Below are positions 28,553 through 39,587 of a DNA stretch of 64,000 nucleotides, one piece after another. The translations under genes and the position numbers were made by a program. The notes under the pieces were generated by a model. That model ran no database searches. It was given only the letters and a program-made list of their open reading frames with translations, and was not told the DNA's origin. This stretch comes from Myxococcota bacterium (GTDB lineage Bacteria > Myxococcota_A > UBA9042 > PHBI01 > JAWLBL01). The DNA lies in assembly GCA_041687695.1 (NCBI GenBank), contig JAWLBL010000005.1:132382-196381 (forward strand), given 5' to 3'. Numbering within the stretch: the first letter of the stretch is position 1; every line of letters starts with the position of its first letter.

Positions 28553-30367
28553 CTACTCCGTGTCCGACACGGCGCCGGTGATCGTGCCGGTGATCGTCGC
28601 GCCGTCGGCGGTCCCCGCGGTCGTCAGCGTCACGCTGCCCGGGGCGATCTGCCCGACGGTGACCGTAGTCGTCCCATCGGGGCGGAGGAGCCGGGCGCGC
28701 GCCTCGATCCAGTCGACCTTCAGCGTCCCGGGCGCGAGGTGCGACAGCGGGATGTCGAGCTCGAGGCGCCAGACGGCGCCGTCCTTCATGCGCGCCGACA
28801 GCTTGATGAGGGCCGAGGTGCCGCCGAGCACGCCCGCCGTGGCGCCCACCTCGTCGACCTCGGGGACCGCCTGGTCATCCAGGGTGAGCGCGAAGGTGCC
28901 GGTGCCCTTGCCGAAGGGCGGCCCGAAGAGGGTGCCCAGGGTGGTCGAGAAGCTGCCCTCGAAGGCGCCCACCACCGGCCAGCAGACGGTGTCGAGCAGG
29001 GGATCCGAGGCGGGATCGCCCGCGGCCAGCTCGGCCTCGATCTGGCCGCGTCGGGCGCTGATGAAGCCGCGCAGCTCGGCGAAGGCGGCGGCGAGATCCC
29101 ACTCGCCCGCGCCGTGAGGGTGGCCGGCGTGGGGCGCGATGAGCGCATGGAGCCGGTCGAGCTCGGCGCCGAGGGCGGCCTCGTCCCAGATCGTGTCGAG
29201 CAGCTCCGACAGGCGCGCGAAGTACCGGGCGCGCCCCTCGGGGTGGTCGAGCAGGCGCTTGCTGAGCGCGGCGCGGGCGTAGACCGAGGTGGCGGTCCCC
29301 TGGGTGGACTCCCAGGTGTTCATGATGGCGTCGATGCCGTGGGGGATGAAGACGAAGCGGCCGGTCTGCGGGTCGCGGTAGACGTGGTAGTTGTTCGCGT
29401 ACTTCGAGTAGCCGTCGTAGTGGCGGATCAGGCTCTCGACCGCCCAGAAGGTGATGAACTGGTCCAGGTCGACCACGGCCTCGAGGCTGGCCAGCAGCGC
29501 GTCGTCCGAGGCCTCGAGCGCGGCGGCGACCGCGGCCAGATCGCTGCCTTCCGCGGTCTGTTTGTTGGTCTCGGGCTCGAAGGTGCCCAGCCACCCCTCG
29601 CGGAAGTCCGACAGAACGCCCTCGTACATGTTGCCGCTCGGGTTGGCGAAGCGGGGCTTGAGGAAATCCTTGTCGACGGCCTCGAGCATCACATACAGGC
29701 CCAGGTCTTCGCCGTTGACGGTGACGTGGGCGAAGCCGCAGCGCGGCGCGGGCACGCCCGCCGCGGCGAACAGCGCGTAACCCAGGCACTGCTTGACGTA
29801 GGTCCCGTCCTGGACCGAGTTGTTCAGGACGAGGTCGTCATAGCCGAACACGTCGGTGCCCTTGGCGTACTCGTCCAGGTTCAGCTTGAAGCCGGGGCGC
29901 GCGGTCGACTGCGAGCCGATCCAGCCCTTCTTGCGCACGCCCACGGGGTCGACCGTCACCCCGTCCACCGTCAGGCGGGTCGGGAAGTAGGTGTAGGGGC
30001 TGACGTGCGGCGCCGCCTGGCAGTCGCCGGCGAACATCTCGACCATGCTGCGGCGCTGGTGGCGCAGGGCCTCCCAATCGGCCGCGGCCAGCTCCATCGA
30101 GACCTCGACCACCCGGTCGGGGCTGAACAGACCGTCCGGCGGCGGGGACTCGCCGTCCGGCCCGGCGTCGGAGCCGGCGTCCAGGACGACGCCGTCATCG
30201 TCCGGCGCCCCGTCGGCGCCCTCGTCGCCCGCGTCCTCCGGGGCGTCCTCGACCTTCGCGTCCGCATCGCCGCCGGCCGGGGTCGACGCCTCGCCGCCGC
30301 ACGCGGCCAGAGCCATCACCAACGCCGCCGCCCACCACGCCATCCACTCGCACCGCAGACCAAGCAT
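28553..30367 (-). CDS. CotH-family kinase lipoprotein
   Basis: Lipobox LAAC; VGVRKKG, FKLNLD, LNNSVQD, LGLYVMLE, HYDGY...NNY...FIPHGID. Confidence 0.88.
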   Translation of the reverse strand: MLGLRCEWMAWWAAALVMALAACGGEASTPAGGDADAKVEDAPEDAGDEGADGAPDDDGVVLDAGSDAGPDGESPPPDGLFSPDRVVEVSMELAAADWEALRHQRRSMVEMFAGDCQAAPHVSPYTYFPTRLTVDGVTVDPVGVRKKGWIGSQSTARPGFKLNLDEYAKGTDVFGYDDLVLNNSVQDGTYVKQCLGYALFAAAGVPAPRCGFAHVTVNGEDLGLYVMLEAVDKDFLKPRFANPSGNMYEGVLSDFREGWLGTFEPETNKQTAEGSDLAAVAAALEASDDALLASLEAVVDLDQFITFWAVESLIRHYDGYSKYANNYHVYRDPQTGRFVFIPHGIDAIMNTWESTQGTATSVYARAALSKRLLDHPEGRARYFARLSELLDTIWDEAALGAELDRLHALIAPHAGHPHGAGEWDLAAAFAELRGFISARRGQIEAELAAGDPASDPLLDTVCWPVVGAFEGSFSTTLGTLFGPPFGKGTGTFALTLDDQAVPEVDEVGATAGVLGGTSALIKLSARMKDGAVWRLELDIPLSHLAPGTLKVDWIEARARLLRPDGTTTVTVGQIAPGSVTLTTAGTADGATITGTITGAVSDTE

Positions 30368-30459
30368 CGAGACCTCGCGCCGACCGGCCACGCACCAGGG
30401 AGCGCGCCTATATACGGATGCGCCCGGCTCGTGTCACGGGGTCCGGCGCACGGACTCGC

Positions 30460-30888
30460 TCAGGCGGCGCTAGCGGTCAGGGCGATGACGGCCGCCATCC
30501 CCAGCATGCAGGCCAGTTGGGTCGCGAACAGCAGAAAGCGCAGCGAGACCACGTTGGCGGTCTGCGGGACCGAGACGTGCACCAGGCTCTGGCCGACGCG
30601 GGCGACCACCAGCACCACCGCCAGCGTGTCCAGGGTGGGCGTGTCGACGCCGGCCGCCAGGGCCGCCACCACGATGGCGGCGAAGACCGGCAGGTTCTCG
30701 ACGCAGTTCATGTGCGCCCGCATGGCGCGCTTGTAGAAGTCGGGCCCCTCGACCTGGTCGGCGCGGAACTCGTGGGGCTTGGCCTGCTTCTTGGCGATGC
30801 GCGACAGGCGGAACCAGCCGACCGTGCCGGCGAGCAGCAGCAGGGTCCAGACGGCAAAGGCGAGCAGCATCCAGGCGGGCATGGTCAT
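30460..30888 (-). CDS. MAPEG-family membrane protein
   Basis: RAMRAHMNCVENLPVFAA...ARVGQSLVH; four TM helices; GAGG RBS. Confidence 0.88.
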   Translation of the reverse strand: MTMPAWMLLAFAVWTLLLLAGTVGWFRLSRIAKKQAKPHEFRADQVEGPDFYKRAMRAHMNCVENLPVFAAIVVAALAAGVDTPTLDTLAVVLVVARVGQSLVHVSVPQTANVVSLRFLLFATQLACMLGMAAVIALTASAA

Positions 30889-30977
30889 GGCGCAGGGTCC
30901 TCGGGGGGGGGCGTTGGATGGCCCACCTGTAGACCGTTCGCCGCGCCCGCGCAATCGCGCCGGCCGCGCGGGCGGGC

Positions 30978-31379
30978 TCAGAGCTGCCGGAACAGATGGG
31001 CCTCGAAGCGGCCCAGGAACTGCTTGGCCGCGTCGCTGTCGCCGTAGCGGCCGACGCGGACGTGGACCTGGGTGGTGCCGTCGGTCATGGGCTCGATCTC
31101 GACGAACACCGGGTCGCCGTTGGGAGTCAGGCCGTCTATCTCCAGCTCTTCGTCGTCCATCACGGCGGCGGTGGTGACGACGCCGTACGAGCGCAGGGTG
31201 GCGGCCACGGCCTGTCGGGCCTGCTCGGGCGACACCTGGTAGTAGCGGCTGACGCCGCCGGTCAGATACTGGTCGTCGGCGGCGGCGCCGCCGTGGGCGC
31301 CCGGCGCGGGGCCACAGGCGAGCGGCAGCAGACACGCCACCAGCGCCGCGGCGCGGCAAAGGCGAGGGGAGAGCTTCAT
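30978..31379 (-). CDS. DUF3568-like lipoprotein
   Basis: Lipobox PLAC; C-terminal TQVHVRVGRYGD motif. Confidence 0.65.
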   Translation of the reverse strand: MKLSPRLCRAAALVACLLPLACGPAPGAHGGAAADDQYLTGGVSRYYQVSPEQARQAVAATLRSYGVVTTAAVMDDEELEIDGLTPNGDPVFVEIEPMTDGTTQVHVRVGRYGDSDAAKQFLGRFEAHLFRQL

Positions 31380-31576
31380 GGGGGCCTCGGGGGCGAGCGG
31401 GGGTGCGCGCGCGTCCCCGAACCGTCCGATCGCGAGAGCCGCAGTCAAGGACGCCGACGACCGACCCGGTCACAGGGGCCGCGCCTCAGGGCGCCCCTTT
31501 GTGCTTGGCCCGGCTCGCGCGCCCGGCCTAGTGTCGCGCCCAAACCGTCTCCGACCTCCGCGTCGAGGAGCTCAAA

Positions 31577-32218
31577 ATGATCGCGTCCGTCTCGCGCCGC
31601 CTCGTCGGCCTCTCCGTCCTGGCCACCTGCCTCGGCGCGTCCCCGGCCTTCGCCGCCCCGGCCCGCTCCGTCCAGATGGGCACCACCTTCGGCCTCGGCA
31701 CCGGCCTGCATCACACCCTCGGCAGCGACGCGGCCAACGCAGCGCCATGGACCGTCTACCTCCCCATTCAGTTGGCCACGCTGCGGCTCGAGCCGGAGAT
31801 CGGCGTCCGTTCGGTGACCGTGTCCTCCGAGGCCGACGGCGACGAATTCACCGAGTCCGCGACCGTGTTCCGGCTCGGCGTCGGCGTGTCCTACACGGCC
31901 TGGCTCACCGACGCGGCGATCCACGTCGGCGCGCGCGTCGGCTTCATCCGCAACTCGGGCGAGCTGACGATGACCGACTTCTGGGGTGACGAGTCCACCT
32001 ACGAGTTCCTGCGGACGGACCTCTTCCTCTCCCCGATGCTCGGCGCCGAGCTGTACCTGACCCGCGCCCTGAGCCTGGGCCTCGAGGCCCAGCTCGAGAC
32101 GGTCTTCGCGGGTGACGCCCAGGTGCTCGACCCGGACGGGGACCTCGAGACCACCAAGGGCGACCGCACCGACATCAACACGCGCGGCGTGCTGTTCCTG
32201 CGCTTCTACTTCATCTGA
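31577..32218 (+). CDS. Outer-membrane beta-barrel protein
   Basis: Signal peptide (AFA), alternating beta-strands, C-terminal LRFYFI; GAGGAG RBS. Confidence 0.8.
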   Translation: MIASVSRRLVGLSVLATCLGASPAFAAPARSVQMGTTFGLGTGLHHTLGSDAANAAPWTVYLPIQLATLRLEPEIGVRSVTVSSEADGDEFTESATVFRLGVGVSYTAWLTDAAIHVGARVGFIRNSGELTMTDFWGDESTYEFLRTDLFLSPMLGAELYLTRALSLGLEAQLETVFAGDAQVLDPDGDLETTKGDRTDINTRGVLFLRFYFI

Positions 32219-32255
32219 GGCCGACCCCGGGGCCGCGCAAACGCCGGGCCCCCGC

Positions 32256-32968
32256 TCACAGCCCCTTGGCGCCGATGCGGTGCTTGGGGTTGTGGTCGGG
32301 GGCGGCCTTGGCGGCCGCCTCGCGCCGCTCGCTGTAGCGGTCGACCAGGTAGTCGCGCAGGTCGCGCGTCAGCAGGGTGAACTTGAACAGCTCCTCCATC
32401 ACGTCGACCACCCGGTCGCGGAAGGGCGAGTCCTTCATGCGGCCGTCGGGGTGGAACTCCTGATAGGCCTTGGGGACCGACGACTGGTTGGGGATGGTCA
32501 GCATCCGCATCCAGCGGCCCAGCAGGCGCAGGGTGTTGACGGCGTTGAAGGACTGCGAGCCGCCGCTGACCTGCATCACCGCCAGCGTGCGCCCCTGGGT
32601 CGGGCGCACGGCGCCGACCGACAGCGGGATCCAGTCGATCTGGTTCTTGAAGACGCCGGTGATGGCGCCGTGCATCTCGGGCGAGCACCACACCTGGCCC
32701 TCGGACCACTGGGACAGCGCGCGCAGCTCCTGCACCTTGGGGTGACCCTCCAGCGCGGGGTCCTTGACCGGCAGCTCGCGCGGGTCGAAGAAGCGCACGT
32801 CGCCGCCCAGCGAGGTCAGGACGCGCCCGGCCTCCTCGGCCAGCAGCCGGCTGTACGAGCGCTCGCGCAGCGACCCGTACAGCACCAGAAAGCGCGGCGG
32901 GTGAATCGACCGCGGGACCTCCGGGATGGGCGGGACGACCAGCTCCGGCGGGTTCCCGTCGTGGTAGC

Positions 32969-32972
<4 letters not shown>
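32256..32972 (-). CDS. arsH: Arsenical resistance protein ArsH (NADPH-dependent FMN reductase)
   Basis: [50 protein letters not shown]. Confidence 0.96.
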
Positions 32973-33862
<890 letters not shown>

Positions 33863-33870
33863 GGTGGGCC

Positions 33871-34952
<1,082 letters not shown>

Positions 34953-34956
<4 letters not shown>

Positions 34957-35297
34957 AATGCCTCCACCAGCATCTTGAGCTGCGCAATGGCCGCCGGCTC
35001 GACGCAATAGCAGACCCTCGGCCCGTCGATCTCTCCCCGCACCAACCCCGCCTCCTTCAGCACCTTCAAATGCTGCGACACCGTCGACTGCGCCAGCGGC
35101 AGCTCGCCCACGATCTCGCCGCACACACACGCCTTCTTGGCGATGAGCAGCTTCACGATGGCCACCCGCGCCGGATGCCCCAGCGCCTTGGCCAGCTGCG
35201 CCAGCCGCTCGTTCGCCTCCGCCTCGTCCACCGGCGCCGCCTCCGCCCTCGCCGGCGGACAGCACTCCCGAACCGTCTCTTCCACGACCACCTCCAT
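34953..35297 (-). CDS. arsR: Arsenic-responsive repressor ArsR
   Basis: [41 protein letters not shown]; first gene of the ars operon. Confidence 0.92.
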
Positions 35298-35302
35298 AGC
35301 CC

Positions 35303-35318
35303 ATCGCCGATTTACGAT
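35303..35318. promoter_or_regulatory. Putative ArsR operator ATCG-N8-CGAT
   Basis: ATCGccgatttaCGAT lies immediately upstream of the arsR ATG in an AT-richer patch. Confidence 0.55.
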
Positions 35319-35412
35319 AACCAAGCCCCACAATCAACCCCTCACGGCCCGCCGCCTTCCCCCCCCCCCCTGGGACCGCCGGCTTCCAGAGGGTGTCGCA
35401 GAAGGGCCAACC

Positions 35413-35526
35413 GGAGTGCTCCACCTTGGTGGAGCCCCCATCCGGCGCAGCTTGCTGCGCCGGTTTGGCGGCCAGATCCCGGCGGCAAGCCGCCGGGGCC
35501 GGGGCTCCGGCAAGCCGGAGCACTCC
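35413..35526 (-). repeat. 114-bp four-hairpin REP-like element, copy 2 (inverted)
   Basis: Reverse complement of 20205-20318 with 6 differences by manual alignment. Confidence 0.85.
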
Positions 35527-35596
35527 AAGGCCGCCTCCGCCGGCATCAATACGAGTGTACCTCATGACGACCGCGGCCAAAGCGGAGCGGCGGCCC

Positions 35597-37561
35597 TCAC
35601 TCGAGGCGGAGCCGGTCCGGCAGGACCGTGTTCGGCACGTGCGAGCCGTCGATCTCGACGAGGTGGGATCCGGCCGTGACCGGTACGTCCTGGAAGGTCC
35701 AGGCCGAGGCGTCGCATGGCATCGTCAGGTAGGTGTAGGCGGTCAGGATGTCCGGGTCCTCCGCGGGCCGGAGCGTCGCCCTCACCTGGTGCACGGTGCA
35801 GAAGCCACCCTCCGCCGGCTGCTCGCCGTCCAAGGTGATCGACCCGCTCACGCGCACGACGGGGGCCTCGAGCATCAGATCGGTGCGAGCACCGTCCACC
35901 TCGAGGCGGCTGGCGAGCTTATGGCGATGAGGGAGGACCGCGCCGTGCTCGCCCTCGAGGAAGACGGCGTACGCCCCGTGCGGGAGCTCGAGCGCGAACA
36001 CGCCGCCCGCGTCGCACGGGATCTCCGTGTGGTACGGCGCCACGCTCTCGCCGTCGAGCGGGATGAAGCCGAGCGCGAAGCCGGCCGGGTGCGCGTCGCA
36101 GAGGTCGTCGAGCGGGGCGCCGTCGAGCAGGACCGTGCCGCTGACGGTGGCCATCCGGACGTCGAGCACGAGGGGCTTCGCGCTGGGGAGCTCGATCGCG
36201 GCCGCGACCGCGATCGCTGGGGCGTACTTCGCCACGGGCAGGGTGTGGCCGACCACGCTGACCTGGTAGGTCCCGGGTGGCAGCGCGAGCTCGGCCGCTC
36301 CCCCGCCCTCGCAAGGGATGGACTCGTAGATCCCGAAGCCATCCGGCTGAGCGAAGATCAGCGTCGCGAGCGGGCCCGAGCAGTTGGCGGGGACCGGGAA
36401 TGGACCACCGTTCATCGTGAGCGTGAGCGGCACGCGGACGGTCTGGACGTCGAGCGTCACCGCATCGGCCGCAGGCACGGTGAGCGCTGCGTGCACGAGG
36501 GCCGAGCCAGGGAGGTTCGACTGCTCGCTGCCGACGACCACCTGGTAGGTGCCGTGCGGGAGCGTGGCCTCGAAGGTCCAGTCCGTGTCGCACGGGAGCT
36601 GCTGGTAGTGGACGGTCCCCAGCGTCGTCTCACGGAACTGCACCAGGGCCGCGCGGGTCGTGCAGGCGCTCACCTCCGGAGGCGCGCCGTCGAGCAGGAT
36701 CGAGCCGGTCACGGTCGCAGTGCTGCCGTCGAACACAGCGTCATCGGTGGACGGCTGGTACGCAGCGCGCAACACGCTGCTGGCGTCCGGAAGGCTGGTC
36801 GAACCGGAAGTCGATGAGACGGAGACCACGTAGCTGCGATCGCGATGAAGCGTGACCCCGTCGAACTCGAAGCTCGCGCAGGGGAGGTAGGCCGTGACGC
36901 CCCCGCCGAAGTCGGTGTCTTGGAATCTCACCGAGACCGAGTCGGCGTCGAGGCACAGGGGGCCCGCGACGGGCGGAGCGCCGTTCTGCGCGACGTAGCC
37001 GCTCACCGAGACCACCGGCACCTCGAACGACAGGTCCGTCCGGTCCGCGTCGAACTCGAAGCGGGGGACGAGCGGCAGGACGCCGATTCTCGGGCTCTTG
37101 GAGAGTCCACCCAAGGGCAGGAACAGCTCGACGGCGTACGTGCGGGGCGCCGGCAGCCGCCCTTCGAACGCCCGCGTCGCCCCCGTGCAGGGGAGCGCGA
37201 TCCCGTGCCTCTGTTTGCCCCCATCGAGCTCCACGAACTCGAGCGTCGCGCACGTCAGGCCGTCACCCTCGACCGTCACGGTGCCGGCGACGGCGGCGGT
37301 CCGGACGTCGATGTGGACGACGCACTCCCCGTCCGGGCAGGTCGGGTCGCCTGAATCGTCGCCCTCACCGTCGCCCACATCATCGCCCGCATCTTCGCTG
37401 GCGTCGTCGGACACTTGCACATCGCCTTTGGCGTCGAGCGGGCCGTCGTCGGAGTCCCCCGCGTCGTCTCGGCCCATCTCTCGATCGGCCCCGATCGGAT
37501 CGTTGGAGCATCCCCCAAGGACCAGCATCGTGACCAGGGCCCACAGGCTCATGCGCGTCAT
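35597..37561 (-). CDS. Lipoprotein with tandem beta-sandwich-like repeats
   Basis: Lipobox LGGC; acidic linker; about 6 repeats starting VxGxVxLDG(A)P with LPC and G(T)YxVxV; GGAGGG RBS. Confidence 0.75.
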   Translation of the reverse strand: MTRMSLWALVTMLVLGGCSNDPIGADREMGRDDAGDSDDGPLDAKGDVQVSDDASEDAGDDVGDGEGDDSGDPTCPDGECVVHIDVRTAAVAGTVTVEGDGLTCATLEFVELDGGKQRHGIALPCTGATRAFEGRLPAPRTYAVELFLPLGGLSKSPRIGVLPLVPRFEFDADRTDLSFEVPVVSVSGYVAQNGAPPVAGPLCLDADSVSVRFQDTDFGGGVTAYLPCASFEFDGVTLHRDRSYVVSVSSTSGSTSLPDASSVLRAAYQPSTDDAVFDGSTATVTGSILLDGAPPEVSACTTRAALVQFRETTLGTVHYQQLPCDTDWTFEATLPHGTYQVVVGSEQSNLPGSALVHAALTVPAADAVTLDVQTVRVPLTLTMNGGPFPVPANCSGPLATLIFAQPDGFGIYESIPCEGGGAAELALPPGTYQVSVVGHTLPVAKYAPAIAVAAAIELPSAKPLVLDVRMATVSGTVLLDGAPLDDLCDAHPAGFALGFIPLDGESVAPYHTEIPCDAGGVFALELPHGAYAVFLEGEHGAVLPHRHKLASRLEVDGARTDLMLEAPVVRVSGSITLDGEQPAEGGFCTVHQVRATLRPAEDPDILTAYTYLTMPCDASAWTFQDVPVTAGSHLVEIDGSHVPNTVLPDRLRLE

Positions 37562-37612
37562 CTCACCCTCCACGGTCGGCTGGTCGAGTCGTTCATCGAT
37601 GTGCGGATAGGC

Positions 37613-37665
37613 ATGTCGTGGTAGGGCCCCGAGTAGCGGTAGGTGGACTCGGCCGAGAGCCACAG
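37613..37665 (-). pseudogene. Fragment of a paralog of the 37866..39209 gene
   Basis: 53 bp matching 38665-38717 with 3 mismatches, all at third codon positions (LWLSA[D/E]STYRYSGPYHD). Confidence 0.75.
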
Positions 37666-37865
37666 GGCGATGCGCCCATTGGCGGCGCCGCCGCCGGGGA
37701 GGGCGCCGGCTGGCGGCAGGCGAGATGAACGCAGGCGCCATCGCGCCGTCCGGCCGTCGACCCCGCCCTGGGAAGGCGATCGTGCGGCAAACGCCCCATG
37801 CCCAAGACAAACAAACGTGACGGAACGCTGACACCTGCCGAGGCGATCCCTGGCCCGCTGAGACG

Positions 37866-39209
37866 TCACCAGCGGCCGAGCTCCTTGCCCTTGCGCTCGA
37901 CCCTCTCGAGCATGTGCAAGGTCCCCTTGACGGTGATGCGATCGATCTGGCGCGAGGTCGTGCCGCTCACCTTGTCGTCGCGCGCCGTGATGAGCGCGTA
38001 GCCGCTCACGACGTCGCCGGGGCGCAGGGTGAGGTCCCGGGGCCGGGGGCCGCCCGCGAGCTCGAGGGTCATCGTGGCGCGTCCAGTCCCAGTCTTGCAC
38101 CGCTGGACGTAGCTGACCCGGCCGTCGCGCGGGTTGATTCGGTCCACCCGGTCGGTGTCCACGCAGTCGTACTCGAACTCGATCGTGTCGGTGCGGGTGA
38201 GGACGAGCTTCGCGGCGGTGGCCGACTTCACCGTCAGACCGCCGAAGTAGCGCAGCTGCTCGACGAGCTCATGCTCGCGCGGCGTCTGGGGGTAGTCCCC
38301 TCCGGTCTTCGTCTTCTTGATCCCGCCGAGCATCTCGACGAGGCGCAGCCCCCTCGCGAACACGCTGCGGTCGGGGTTCGCGGCAGCCGCCGCGGCCGCC
38401 CGGAGGCGCGCGAGCTCCGCCGGGTCGACCGGCCAGCGCACGTGCGGCGCGACCCGGGCGTCGCGGTAGACGCGGTAGGCCTTGTAGGTGCGGTGGGTGC
38501 CGAGATCGGTGGCCTCGCCGCAGAAGAGCTTGCGCTCGTCGTCCAGGTCGCCCCAGCTGCGCCCGTGCTTCGTGAGGGGCGCGGCGTGGCGGGGCTCGAG
38601 CACCGCGTCCAGGCGAAACAGCAGCTCGCTGCGTCCGACCACGACGTCAGCGATGCGACGCAGGATGTCGTGGTACGGCCCCGAGTAGCGGTAGGTCGAG
38701 TCGGCCGAGAGCCACAGCTTGCGCTCGTTCGCGAGCTTGAAGAGCTCGACGACGATGGCGCGCGCCTCAGACTTGTGGTGATACACGCTCGGCTCGGCCT
38801 CGAGGGCGGCGAGGCGGGGCTCGAGCGCCTCGGCGACCGCGTTCCAGCCGGCGACGTAGTCGTCGAAGTCGGCGTCGCACTGGACGGCCCAGGTCTTGTT
38901 GATGCGTGCCTGGATGAGGGCCGAGGCGGCGCGGTCGTCGAGGCGCATGGCCTGGATCGCGGCCCAGCCGGGGAGCCAGGCGGGGTCCGGGTTGTCGAGC
39001 TGGTAGAGGTGCCACGAGCTCTTCGGCCTCAGGCGCGGGCGCAGGATCTCCCAAGCGCCTCGGTCGTGCACGTCCTTGATGTTGGTGTAGTTGAAGCTCT
39101 CGATGAGCTCGATCGCGAGGCGGTCGGTGTCGGCGCGGGCGACGACGACGGACGGGCTCGCGAGCGCGATCAGGCCGACGAGAGGGGCGATGACGTGGCT
39201 GCGTTTCAT
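37866..39209 (-). CDS. Secreted hypothetical protein
   Basis: Signal peptide MKRSHVIAPLVGLIALAS..ARA; GAGGAGG RBS; high GC3. Confidence 0.8.
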   Translation of the reverse strand: MKRSHVIAPLVGLIALASPSVVVARADTDRLAIELIESFNYTNIKDVHDRGAWEILRPRLRPKSSWHLYQLDNPDPAWLPGWAAIQAMRLDDRAASALIQARINKTWAVQCDADFDDYVAGWNAVAEALEPRLAALEAEPSVYHHKSEARAIVVELFKLANERKLWLSADSTYRYSGPYHDILRRIADVVVGRSELLFRLDAVLEPRHAAPLTKHGRSWGDLDDERKLFCGEATDLGTHRTYKAYRVYRDARVAPHVRWPVDPAELARLRAAAAAAANPDRSVFARGLRLVEMLGGIKKTKTGGDYPQTPREHELVEQLRYFGGLTVKSATAAKLVLTRTDTIEFEYDCVDTDRVDRINPRDGRVSYVQRCKTGTGRATMTLELAGGPRPRDLTLRPGDVVSGYALITARDDKVSGTTSRQIDRITVKGTLHMLERVERKGKELGRW

Positions 39210-39587
39210 TGGCAGAGGTCCTCCTCGAGCGGGCGCAGTAGGGCACACTCCACCACGGGTCGGCCATGACCTCCGAGGTCATGAGTCCGAGCGGTCGCGG
39301 CGAGCAGCGCGTTGACCTGGGTGCCGCTGGAGATGACCGGCGGTCGATGCTGCCCACGCGCTCATCTCGCGTGACCGACGCGCCCATTCGCGCTCTCGCC
39401 GCGCCCGATCTTCGCCCGCCGTCGAAATTCGACCGAGGGCACTGGTCTGGCGCGGCCCGGCGCTTCTTTCCGCCCCGCGCTGGGTGCACCGCACGCACTC
39501 TCCTGCGCGCGGCCGCACCGCGTCGAGGCGTCCCGAGGCCTCGCGCGGAGCCCGACCGACCGACGCTCGACATCTTCTGGGGGACCC

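Noticed and set aside
26345..30736. Very long alternative ORFs (e.g. 1463 aa here; most of 9374..13009; 50666..53497; 23884..26763)
   Set aside because: These are shadow frames of real genes in high-GC DNA, Arg/Gly/Pro-rich with no motifs.
35385..35410. IS terminal repeat (GAGGGTGTCGCAGAAG)
   Set aside because: No partner end or transposase seen; too short to support.
37613..38717. DGR template/variable repeat pair
   Set aside because: The differences are C/G swaps at third codon positions, not adenine-specific, and there is no reverse transcriptase in the window.
39445..39465. Sigma-54 promoter (TGGCGCG...)
   Set aside because: Lacks the -12 TGC element at the correct spacing.
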